From NCBI GenBank assembly GCA_964510205.1, contig CAZEBW010000004.1:3638-67637 (forward strand): 64,000 bases of DNA, in the 5' to 3' direction. Numbering within the stretch: the stretch's first letter is position 1; every line of letters starts with the position of its first letter. This stretch comes from an uncultured Anaerolineae bacterium. GTDB lineage: Bacteria > Chloroflexota > Anaerolineae > VGOG01. Below the pieces are notes generated by a model that was not told where the DNA came from, did no database searches, and worked only from the letters and a program-made list of their open reading frames with translations. Of the stretch, positions 19,666 to 28,123 are shown in pieces. Made by a program: the position numbers and the translations under genes.

Positions 19666-20067
19666 TTATCGTGCCAACACTTCCTGTACTATCTTGACCA
19701 ACTCTTCGGTCTGGGTTTTCGGGATATAGTTCGCTACAAGTCTCCGGCCCTGCGTATCTGGCTCCATTGCCCGTCTCATGGTATCCGGCGTGCCGTAGCC
19801 TGTGATCATTACGACTTCGGTAGTGGGCCAATGTTGTTTGATCTCATCCGCCAGGTCCAGCCCCTCGGTGTTACTCTCGTCCGTCTCGTCCAGGCGCATG
19901 TCCAGTACTGCCAGATCAAAATGGCTGGTTTTGAGCAACTCCAATGCCGCAGGCGAAGACTCGGCAACCTGGACATCGTATCCCGCGTCCTCCAACAAGC
20001 CACCGAGCGTCGTGCGCCAATCTAGCAGGTCATCTACCACCAGAATCTTCTGCCGTTTGTTTGTCAT
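19666..20067 (-). CDS. Single-domain CheY-like response regulator (paralog of the REC of the 14904 REC-CHAT)
   Basis: ILVVDDL...FDLAVLDMRLDETDESNTEGLDLADEIK...ITGYGTPDTMRRAMEPD...YIPKT, almost identical to the REC of 14904-16418. Confidence 0.8.
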   Translation of the reverse strand: MTNKRQKILVVDDLLDWRTTLGGLLEDAGYDVQVAESSPAALELLKTSHFDLAVLDMRLDETDESNTEGLDLADEIKQHWPTTEVVMITGYGTPDTMRRAMEPDTQGRRLVANYIPKTQTEELVKIVQEVLAR

Positions 20068-20459
20068 TCTCTTACTCCTTCGTGCTTACCATGGCGATTA
20101 CGCGGCACCTGTGGAAACAGAATGATCTCCCTGACCTGCTCGAAGAGATCCTCGCTTCCGAAAGACTTGGCGAAGTAGCGCATGGCTCCCAACCGGTAGG
20201 CCGCAAGCGCCTCTTGGGTCGTGGGTTGTACTGTTGTTACGACCACCCGCTTATCAGAGTATTTCTCAGCGATGACTGCAAGCACGTCCAGGCGGCGGGA
20301 GCTTGCGATGACCAGGTCGAACTGATCCGCTTCGAGTTCAGCGAGTGCTGCCTTGGTGTCAGGCGCAACGACGATTTCAAACTTGTTGAGATCGCTCTTG
20401 GCGAACTCAATCCAGCGAGGTTCGTCGTCAATGATCAGAATGCGAGTTTTCATGATCAC
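20064..20459 (-). CDS. Atypical receiver-like protein (pseudo-receiver; phospho-acceptor Asp apparently replaced)
   Basis: ILIIDDEP present, but the expected D in FDLVI-A-SSRRL is Ala. Confidence 0.55.
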   Translation of the reverse strand: MIMKTRILIIDDEPRWIEFAKSDLNKFEIVVAPDTKAALAELEADQFDLVIASSRRLDVLAVIAEKYSDKRVVVTTVQPTTQEALAAYRLGAMRYFAKSFGSEDLFEQVREIILFPQVPRNRHGKHEGVRE

Positions 20460-23400
20460 ACCTCCTTTCCCGTCCCCGGCGCTGGGATCTGAACCAGCAT
20501 TGTTGTTCCAGTGGGATCGGTCTCTTCTATTATAGCATCACCGCCAATACTTTGCAACATCAGTCGGCTGAGCCAGAGACCCAGACCTGCCCCTCCGCCT
20601 GGCTCCTTGGATGGGACTGGTTTGACGAAGAGACGTTGCTGGACTTGCAGTGGGATGCCCGGTCCTGTATCCTGAACCCGCACACAGATATTACTGTCGG
20701 TCAGACGACTGGTAACTGCTAACTGGCCACCCGCCTTCATTGCTCGGTAGGCATTGTCAACCAAGTTGTAGAAGACCTCAGCGATCTGACCGATCGGGGC
20801 CCGAATCTGCGGCAGCGATTGATCCAGGTCTAGGGTATGTTCGATCGTTGATCGAATGGGATCCGTTCGCCACTGTTCTCTCACTTTACCCACCACGTCA
20901 CTCAGCACTGCGTTAATGTCCACATCCTGATCCTCGACCTCTCGCAGCGGTTCTTGAATGCGCGCGATGATATCCGACGTATAGCGGGCGTTACGTTCGA
21001 TGATGTCAAGGATCTCTGCAATCGTATCATTCGACATATCAACGCGCTTCCGCAGGCGCGTCACGTTGGGAACGATGATGTTGAAGGTATTATTGACACG
21101 ATGTTGTAAAGCTGCGATGGCCGTGCCCAGTGTGGCCAAGCGCTTGGTCGCGATGACTTCACTGCGTGCCTCCTCATATAACCGGGCATTCTCAAGGGCA
21201 ATGGCTGCCTGGTTGGCCATAGAGGAGATGACCTGCAAGTCCTGTTCATCGTAGGCCTGCTCTCTTTCCCAGTCGTAGATAGCGATCACGCCCAGAACCC
21301 TATTCTCCAGAACCATCGGGACACCTATCCAAGATTTGGCGACACGCCCGATGAACTCTTGATGTCCGGGCTGTCCATACCACGCTTTAGATTCCACTTG
21401 GGTGCGATGCAGGATTGGCTTCTTGGTAAGGATGACTTCTTCGGTCTTACCCCGCTTCTCCATATCAGCCTTGCGGGGATCGTAATGCACCTGCTCACCG
21501 TGCTCCGTTGCCAGACCGAAGCGGATCATCCCTGTTTCCTCGTCATACAGCGCGATGTACATGTCCTGTGCGCCGGTCAACTCCCTGGCCTGCTCGTAGA
21601 TTAGCTCCAGAATCTCATCTTGCTTCAGACGAATACCGGAGGTTAGTGCCTGTCCTACCTCATTCAGTGCCGCCAACGCCTGAACGCGCCGTGCGAGCTG
21701 CTGGTTGATCTCGTAGTAAAGCGTTGCATTATCCAACGCGATTGCCGCTTGGTTGGCCACAGAGGAGATGACCTGCAAGTCCTGTTCATCGTAGGCCTGC
21801 TCTCTTTCCCAGTCATAAATGGCGATCATACCCAGTACCTTCTCACCTGTGACCATGGGAACGCCCAAGTAAGAAGGCTGAACACGCCCGATGAACTCTT
21901 GATGTCCGGGCTGTCCATACCACGCTTTAGATTCCACTTGGGTGCGATGCAGGATTGGCTTCTTGGTAAGGATGACTTCTTCGGTCTTACCCCGCTTCTC
22001 CATATCAGCCTTGCGGGGATCGTAATGCACCTGCTCACCGTGCTCCGTTGCCAGACCGAAGCGGATCATCCCTGTTTCCTCGTCATACAGCGCGATGTAC
22101 ATGTCCTGTGCGCCGGTCAACTCCCTGGCCTGCTCGTAGATTAGCTCCAGAATCTCATCTTGCTTCAGACGAATACCGGAGGTTAGTGTCTGTCCCACCT
22201 CGTTCACTGCCTGTATAGCTTTATACAAGCGTGCGCTTTTAATAGCAACCGCTGCTGCCCCAGCTAGGGCCTCAACCAGACGCATGTGATCGTCTGTAAA
22301 GGCTCCGATTTGGGTACTCTCCAGATTGAGCGTTCCAATCACTCTGTCACGGTGTATCAACGGTGTTGTGAGTTCGGATTGTACTTCCTCAAACCACTCC
22401 TTGTAGTACGGATCGCTTTTGATATCGTTGCAAAGATATGTCTTTCTACTCAAGGCAACGTGTCCGTTGATGCTCGTCTCGTCTAGGGGTAGTCTCGTGA
22501 GGGTTCGCGTCGGCGTCTCATCCCTCTTGTTTCTCGCCCCAAATCGCAGTTCACGTGTCCGCTCGTCCAGCAACCAAATACTCGTATACTTGGCTGGCGT
22601 CAGCCTGGCCGCTTGCTCTGCGATTTGCTCCAGCAGATCCTCTAGGGAAGCAGTGCCAATGAGCGCGTATAGGTTCTGAAGAGCTCTGATATCATCAATT
22701 CGCTCTTGTAGGCTAGTCTGAGCCTCTTCGTACACACGGGCGTTATAGATAGCTGTCGCCGCTTGATTAGCGAACAGCTCGATAGCCCCCCGTTGCTCAG
22801 GAGTGAAGGGTTGTCGGCTCCGGTAATTGACGAACATAGCGCCCACGGTTTCGCCTGCTGCTTCGAGGGGGACGGCGGCTGACGATAGGATTCCCTCGCG
22901 CACTACAAAGCGCTTTTCCGGGCGCTCAGGGCGCTCTACGGTGAATGGGCCGGTGAGCAGGGTATCCGTCTGAGTATCGGGAGAGTAGAGGGGCTCTCCA
23001 CCCTCGACCACTTTCACAACGACATCATCCTTGAATATTTCGTCCTTGACAACTGTGGGGTCTCGGCGCTCTCCTTCCAAGATAGGTGGCATGATGTAAC
23101 GGTCATCCGCCTCAACGTACTGGTACACATCCACGAGATCGGCACCCAATACACTCCTGGCACTTCGCGCCACCTGACGCAATACCTCTCTCAACCCCTG
23201 TGCCGAAAGCTCAGCCGAGAGTATTCGTCCCCCAATCTGGTGCAGCCTCTGCAAGACTGCAGCCCGGCTGGTTGCCTGCTCAAGAAGTTGAGCATTGTGT
23301 ACAGCCACGGCGGACTGGCTGGCCACCGCCTCTAACAGCATCTGATCGTGCTCGTCAAAGCCGCTCAGCCCGTCCATATCAGCAGAGATCACCCCAATAA

Positions 23401-24193
23401 CCTCGTCTTGCAAGATTATGGGCGCCAGCACCATTGAGCGCTCGACGATGTCTGACGACAAACCGGGGACAAACTGAGGGTGCTTGACCGCATCCGGGAC
23501 GAGTTCTGATTGCTTGGTTTGGGCTACCCACCCGGCCAACCCGACCCCTTGGGCGAACTGCTGTCGTGCGATGCCTGCTGACGAGGCAGCTTCCAACGCT
23601 AGGTCACCGCTCTTATCCACTAGAAAAACGCTGATGTGCTTGCAATCCAGCACTCTTTCTGCGGCTTGCATAATGCGTGCGAAAAGATCGGCACGGCGCA
23701 ATTCGGAACTGATCAAGAGGCTCACTGCGTTCAGGGTCGCCAGATCCTGAATTCGACGCTGCGTGGCAGCCACTTGAGCGGAAGAACTCTCAATCAGCGC
23801 CTTCTCGAAATCAGTGAAATCCCTTGCCTCACGGGTATAAACGTCAAGCACACCAACGATTTTCCTTTTTACTCGTAGTGGTACCACCATAGCCGACTTC
23901 AGTCCCATAGCGGTGGTTTCTGGTTTGTACTTCCAGCGAGCATCGGTGTCAACGTCTGTCACGACGATTGCCTGTTCAGTCGCAAAAACGTCAGACGCGA
24001 CACTGGGCTCATCCAGGCGCAGAAACGCATCGCGAACGTATTCCTCTGACAACTCTGTCGCTGCAGCGATCCGGAGGGTTTCCCCCGTTTCATCGGCAAG
24101 CCAGATACAGGCCGGCAGTCCCAGAGTCTGGCTTATGGTCTCCACCACGGGTTGAAAGAACTGCTTTTTATCAAGTTCTTGAGAGGGGATCAT
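20456..24193 (-). CDS. Large cytoplasmic multi-GAF-domain sensor histidine kinase (1245 aa)
   Basis: At least 5-6 GAF-like modules, coiled coil, H-box ALQHRVNN, HATPase_c (DTGPGIP...GLGLWLSR); no TM helices. Confidence 0.8.
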   Translation of the reverse strand: MIPSQELDKKQFFQPVVETISQTLGLPACIWLADETGETLRIAAATELSEEYVRDAFLRLDEPSVASDVFATEQAIVVTDVDTDARWKYKPETTAMGLKSAMVVPLRVKRKIVGVLDVYTREARDFTDFEKALIESSSAQVAATQRRIQDLATLNAVSLLISSELRRADLFARIMQAAERVLDCKHISVFLVDKSGDLALEAASSAGIARQQFAQGVGLAGWVAQTKQSELVPDAVKHPQFVPGLSSDIVERSMVLAPIILQDEVIGVISADMDGLSGFDEHDQMLLEAVASQSAVAVHNAQLLEQATSRAAVLQRLHQIGGRILSAELSAQGLREVLRQVARSARSVLGADLVDVYQYVEADDRYIMPPILEGERRDPTVVKDEIFKDDVVVKVVEGGEPLYSPDTQTDTLLTGPFTVERPERPEKRFVVREGILSSAAVPLEAAGETVGAMFVNYRSRQPFTPEQRGAIELFANQAATAIYNARVYEEAQTSLQERIDDIRALQNLYALIGTASLEDLLEQIAEQAARLTPAKYTSIWLLDERTRELRFGARNKRDETPTRTLTRLPLDETSINGHVALSRKTYLCNDIKSDPYYKEWFEEVQSELTTPLIHRDRVIGTLNLESTQIGAFTDDHMRLVEALAGAAAVAIKSARLYKAIQAVNEVGQTLTSGIRLKQDEILELIYEQARELTGAQDMYIALYDEETGMIRFGLATEHGEQVHYDPRKADMEKRGKTEEVILTKKPILHRTQVESKAWYGQPGHQEFIGRVQPSYLGVPMVTGEKVLGMIAIYDWEREQAYDEQDLQVISSVANQAAIALDNATLYYEINQQLARRVQALAALNEVGQALTSGIRLKQDEILELIYEQARELTGAQDMYIALYDEETGMIRFGLATEHGEQVHYDPRKADMEKRGKTEEVILTKKPILHRTQVESKAWYGQPGHQEFIGRVAKSWIGVPMVLENRVLGVIAIYDWEREQAYDEQDLQVISSMANQAAIALENARLYEEARSEVIATKRLATLGTAIAALQHRVNNTFNIIVPNVTRLRKRVDMSNDTIAEILDIIERNARYTSDIIARIQEPLREVEDQDVDINAVLSDVVGKVREQWRTDPIRSTIEHTLDLDQSLPQIRAPIGQIAEVFYNLVDNAYRAMKAGGQLAVTSRLTDSNICVRVQDTGPGIPLQVQQRLFVKPVPSKEPGGGAGLGLWLSRLMLQSIGGDAIIEETDPTGTTMLVQIPAPGTGKEV
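21209..22290. repeat. 540-bp tandem duplication (2 copies) of one GAF module inside the histidine kinase gene, with a ~320-nt 100% identical core
   Basis: 21343-21662 equals 21883-22202 at nucleotide level (the + strand ORFs 21359-21604 and 21749-22144 translate identically); flanks ~75-85% identical. Confidence 0.75.
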
Positions 24194-24228
24194 GGGTCAC
24201 TCTCCTTGTCATCTGTAAATGGGCAGAT

Positions 24229-25569
24229 TCAATTATGAGGTTGGTGTCTCCAGACTTCCAATGACTCCCTATATCCCGCTTCCGAAAATGCTAACCCCTT
24301 CTCCCTCAGCATCATAGCGGTGAGAAGGTGAGGTAATCCTTTCTTCTTTTCCAGGAAGACGATTTGTGGGCCGGAAAGCGTACGCCTACCATTCTTCTTC
24401 AGGAATTGCATGAGCTGGCGACGTCCGCGCTCAACGGTCTTTAAGAAACGCTGTGCCTCGGTTGAGAAATAGGATTCCAGTTTCTCCTCGTCCTCCGGCG
24501 CCGCTCGCGAAGCGTTGCGCACTGTTTGGGAAATGCAATCTATCAGTGTGGGTAGAAACCCCCTGGTTTCGATGCCCAGAACAATCTGCCGCGTTACGAC
24601 ACCTCGAATCAATAGCTTAATGAGACGCTCTCGCCCATTCTTACCTGGAGGTGGAGCGCCATCTGCGACTAGGAAATACAGCGCCTTTAGATAATCTGCC
24701 ATCACATGTTCGCTGGCAGTGATCAACGATTCTGGCAGGTCAGGTGCGCGAACGAGACTATGTATGGTGTCTGTGATCGGTTGGTAACTACTTATCTCAA
24801 ACACTGATTGAGCATCTTGCAGGATCATTGCCACGCGCTCAGTGCCAATCACCGTTTCGAAGAAAGGCTCCGTCATCGGTTGGAGCCTTTGGGTCTTAGT
24901 GTCTATCTCGGTGCTGACAAAGAGTGAATTGGCGAATTCAACGAACCGACCGCACTGGCAAGGCGGCCGACAATCGGGGCCGCAGCCAAAGACCGCGCCT
25001 CGATCAAAGAACATCTCAGTATTGGGCCCGCATTTACGATAGCGAACTACCCCTTCAATGCCATTTCCTTGTTTCCAGAGGTTGTCCTTGACTCCCAGAC
25101 CTATGATCTGCTCTTCAGGCATCCCGATACTCCGCCAAGCTTGATGAGCCTCTACATCCTCGTCAAACGCATGCTTTGAAATCTTACCCCCGGCGAAATA
25201 AGTGACCCATATGTTGTCTGGCTTGATTCTCAGGTTTGAGGTCATGAACTCCCACATTTGCTGGATAACAGTTGCCTTGCTGAGAGCATTAAAGGAAAAA
25301 GCGGCGGGCATTTCAAACAAGCTTAGGTGCACATTGTCGGTTCCAACGGTGTCAATGTCGAAATATCTGAAGCACTTTTGCACCAGTGCATACTTATGCC
25401 CGGCACGCTTGCCCATCTGATCAAGAGCCTTTTCAAATTGCGGTAATCCAGCACTCATTACGAACGACATAGGAATAGAGGGATGCAACAGCGAGGCACT
25501 AGGCAGAACGGAGAATCCTTTGCCCTGGTAATAATCGAGGAACGTTTGGCTAATGGCTGGGGATCGCAT
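24229..25569 (-). CDS. Alanyl-tRNA synthetase catalytic-fragment paralog (AlaRS N-terminal ~441-aa-like, divergent)
   Basis: SQTFLDYYQGKGFSVLPSASLL...QFEK...VQKCFRYFDIDTVG...HLSLFEMPAAFSF...GKNGRERLIKLLIRG is collinear with the AlaRS N-terminus (FLDFF..GH..VPS..LLFTNAGM..QKCIR..D.VG..HHTFFEML.NFSFGDYFK..GNEGRGYVLRRIIRR). No editing or C-Ala domains; several canonical motif residues are changed. Confidence 0.6.
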   Translation of the reverse strand: MRSPAISQTFLDYYQGKGFSVLPSASLLHPSIPMSFVMSAGLPQFEKALDQMGKRAGHKYALVQKCFRYFDIDTVGTDNVHLSLFEMPAAFSFNALSKATVIQQMWEFMTSNLRIKPDNIWVTYFAGGKISKHAFDEDVEAHQAWRSIGMPEEQIIGLGVKDNLWKQGNGIEGVVRYRKCGPNTEMFFDRGAVFGCGPDCRPPCQCGRFVEFANSLFVSTEIDTKTQRLQPMTEPFFETVIGTERVAMILQDAQSVFEISSYQPITDTIHSLVRAPDLPESLITASEHVMADYLKALYFLVADGAPPPGKNGRERLIKLLIRGVVTRQIVLGIETRGFLPTLIDCISQTVRNASRAAPEDEEKLESYFSTEAQRFLKTVERGRRQLMQFLKKNGRRTLSGPQIVFLEKKKGLPHLLTAMMLREKGLAFSEAGYRESLEVWRHQPHN

Positions 25570-25620
25570 TTTCTAGCTCCAAATCACGCGATACACCGAA
25601 CGTTATTGTAGATGCATGAA

Positions 25621-25649
25621 TATTATATCAAACCTGTCCTTAAATGTCA
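25621..25649 (-). promoter_or_regulatory. Perfect sigma70 consensus promoter (TTGACA-17-TATAAT on the minus strand) driving the AlaRS-like / HK / REC / CHAT operon
   Basis: Reverse complement reads ttgacatttaaggacaggtttgatataat; ~45-nt leader with ggag RBS before the ATG at 25569. Confidence 0.55.
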
Positions 25650-25704
25650 AGGCATCCAAAATACTGGATAGACATACACCGTATCGTTCAAGGAGTTGGG
25701 GTAA

Positions 25705-26070
25705 TCACACATTCGGGTGATGGCACTTCTTCCCAGTCGAAAATATCTCTAGCGAAGGGGCATCATATCGAGGCCCTCCTTCGAAGTCCCTAACGAACCG
25801 GTAAAACTCGTCAATGAAGCTGACTAATTCATCAGTATGCTCACTGATCGCCTTGACATCAGGGGAGATGTTCTCCTTGAGTTCCCTCTTGAACTTTTCA
25901 TCCTTCTCCTCAAGAGCAGCCCAATCCCAAGCCCCGTCAAGGTACTTGCGAATCTCCCCTAGCACATGATCTCGTGCGAGTGTGAGATCAGATGGGCAAT
26001 CTTTTGCCTTTAATCTACGATAATCTAATTCCATTTCCCTGCAAAGGGCTGGCGCATGGTCTCTGTCCAT
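25705..26070 (-). CDS. Hypothetical protein (possible C-terminal part of a frameshifted lipoprotein)
   Basis: 121-aa ORF, no domain; low-GC. Confidence 0.3.
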   Translation of the reverse strand: MDRDHAPALCREMELDYRRLKAKDCPSDLTLARDHVLGEIRKYLDGAWDWAALEEKDEKFKRELKENISPDVKAISEHTDELVSFIDEFYRFVRDFEGGPRYDAPSLEIFSTGKKCHHPNV

Positions 26071-26249
26071 CCCCTCGAAACTCTCAACACGTGAGTCAAA
26101 TTCATTGAGCGATTGACCAGCTCACAGGCATATTCCCTTACCAATTTGACATCAGCAGGTTTTGAGGATGTCTGCTCAGGGCTGCAGGCCATGACCACCG
26201 GCATTAGAAAACAAAACAGAAGTAGCAAGACAATCTTTTTCATGAGCAC
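26025..26249 (-). CDS. Lipoprotein N-terminal fragment (signal peptide + lipobox), possibly frameshifted into the downstream ORF
   Basis: MLMKKIVLLLLFCFLMPVVMACSPEQ; overlaps 25705-26070 in another frame by 46 nt. Confidence 0.35.
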   Translation of the reverse strand: MLMKKIVLLLLFCFLMPVVMACSPEQTSSKPADVKLVREYACELVNRSMNLTHVLRVSRGWTETMRQPFAGKWN

Positions 26250-26440
26250 TCTACCTCCTCAGATGGTGTGGCAGATCGTAGTGCCGGCAGGTCAGAGCCA
26301 GAAGCTGATTGGCCCCGACATTTCATAGATTAGTTAGGGCTCTAGAAGAGTGTAATCCATTCGCCACGGTTCATTTACGGGGGTTACCTGCGTCATGCTT
26401 CCACCCCTCTACACGGCGGTTGCGCCCCCCCAAAAAACGC

Positions 26441-27730
26441 CTACTCGTTCCAAGCCCCCCCACTAGCCACATCAACCGTGATCAGCACGGGGTCAACCCG
26501 GTCCTGGACGATTTCGACGCCCTCGTGGATCAGGCCCGCCCAGACGTAGAAGGGGTTGCGCGGGGGCTTGTCCAATATCTGGATGGCGCCGGCGATGGTC
26601 ACTCTCTGGCCGGGCATGAGGTAGTGGAATACGTCGTCTCCCTTGACCACCGCCTCTAGTTCGTCGTGCTGGCCTAGGGACCAGCGGAAGGGGTAGGGAT
26701 AGGCGGGGTTCTCTTCGAAGTCTAGGCCGAAGCGCCAGGCGCCGTCCGATTGGTGCCACTCCAGGGTGCTGAAGTTCTGACGGCTGGTGTAGGTGGCGCC
26801 CGGCTCGGGGCCGGTGGTGCGAACGGGGGTGTCGCCGTAGTTCTCCACGGTGGCGGTGAAGTACAGCGTCCCGCTCAGGGGGATGGTGAGAGAGGTGAAA
26901 TCGCCCCGCAAGCCCTCGTCGGTGGCATACTCCACCACGGCGTTGATGATGTCGGCGCGGGGCACCCCGCCGTGCTGGATGGTCAGGGTGCTTCGCTCCT
27001 CCACCCGCTGGCCCAAGATGTCCTCGGCGATGGCCGTCACGGTGTAGGTGCCATCGGGCGGGGGGACGGACCCCAGATCAACGCCGCCCTCGTAGTCGTA
27101 CTCGTGCAGGCCCACCTCTCCCGGCTCGATCCGCTGCGATACTTTCTCTGGAATGAAGAACTTCTCCCCTTCGTCGTTGAGGAGATAGACGCGCACGGTG
27201 GCCGGCTTGGGGAGGAAGTAGTTGATGGTCACGTGGTCGCCAACGCCGTCGCGGTTGGGGCTGAAAACCTGGGGGGAGACGGAGAAGCCTCTCAGCTCAG
27301 GAAGGCTGGTGTCAGCGTCAACGATGGTCAGGCTGCCCTCCGCCTTCTGGGTGTGGCCGTCCTCGCCGGTGGCCTCGACGACCCAGGCGTACTGCCCATT
27401 GGGCAACATGCGCCGCTTGACCGAACCGCCGTCAGCCACGTCCACCACCCCGCCGAATAGGGTCCAGTAGGTCTCGTCCTGGGCCGAGCGTCGCTCTTCC
27501 TTTCGATGGTAGTGCCGCTCGCCGGCCTGGTCAATGAAGTAGATGGACACGCTGGCGTTGCGGGAGAGCTTGTAAAGGATGTTGGCGGCGTCGTCGTGCC
27601 CGTCGGCATTGGGCGAGATCACGTCGGGATAGAACTCCACGTCGTAGAGCAGCGGGCGGGACGAGCAGCCGGTCATGCTGAGCCCCGTCAGGATCAATGC
27701 GATCACCAGCGCGATAGACAAGTGTTTCAA
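26441..27730 (-). CDS. Secreted lipoprotein, hypothetical (Ig-like/beta-sandwich rich)
   Basis: Signal peptide + lipobox LSMTGCSS; no catalytic motif recognised. Confidence 0.55.
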   Translation of the reverse strand: MKHLSIALVIALILTGLSMTGCSSRPLLYDVEFYPDVISPNADGHDDAANILYKLSRNASVSIYFIDQAGERHYHRKEERRSAQDETYWTLFGGVVDVADGGSVKRRMLPNGQYAWVVEATGEDGHTQKAEGSLTIVDADTSLPELRGFSVSPQVFSPNRDGVGDHVTINYFLPKPATVRVYLLNDEGEKFFIPEKVSQRIEPGEVGLHEYDYEGGVDLGSVPPPDGTYTVTAIAEDILGQRVEERSTLTIQHGGVPRADIINAVVEYATDEGLRGDFTSLTIPLSGTLYFTATVENYGDTPVRTTGPEPGATYTSRQNFSTLEWHQSDGAWRFGLDFEENPAYPYPFRWSLGQHDELEAVVKGDDVFHYLMPGQRVTIAGAIQILDKPPRNPFYVWAGLIHEGVEIVQDRVDPVLITVDVASGGAWNE

Positions 27731-27880
27731 ATCAGCGGCACCTCCTTAACGTTGTGAGTTCTCCCGGAAAGTGCTCGAAGCCCCGTCCTCGGGGCGGCTT
27801 TCGTAGCGCAGCTACGCCAGCGACGCCCCCGGGGACGGGGGCTGGGAGCATCTTCAAAGACTTTCCGGGAGATCTCTTGT
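27731..27880 (-). promoter_or_regulatory. Highly structured GC-rich leader upstream of the lipoprotein gene (nested inverted repeats)
   Basis: tcccggaaagt...actttccggga outer stem; ccccgtcctcgggg, cgtagcgcagctacg and cccccggggacggggg inner hairpins. Confidence 0.3.
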
Positions 27881-27922
27881 CAGCCTGAAGTTTACCAGAT
27901 TGTGGATGAATAGTCAAGACGG

Positions 27923-27975
27923 TTCACTTTTCACGTTTTTTACGTTTCACGTTTCACGCTTCACGCATCACGTAG
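27923..27975. repeat. Heptamer tandem array TTCACGN x7, upstream of folC
   Basis: ttcacttttcacgttttttacgtttcacgtttcacgcttcacgcatcacg. Confidence 0.85.
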
Positions 27976-28123
27976 GTATCTTGCTTAAGCAGGTAGCGAT
28001 TTGTCATGCAGCTTTCTCTATCTCCTGATCTCTGGTTTTCGCATGATTTTACTTTTTCCCCCAGTTGGTATAAAATACAAGGCCGAAGTTCAAAGGCCAC
28101 CCGTTGGGATCGGATGACGAGAT

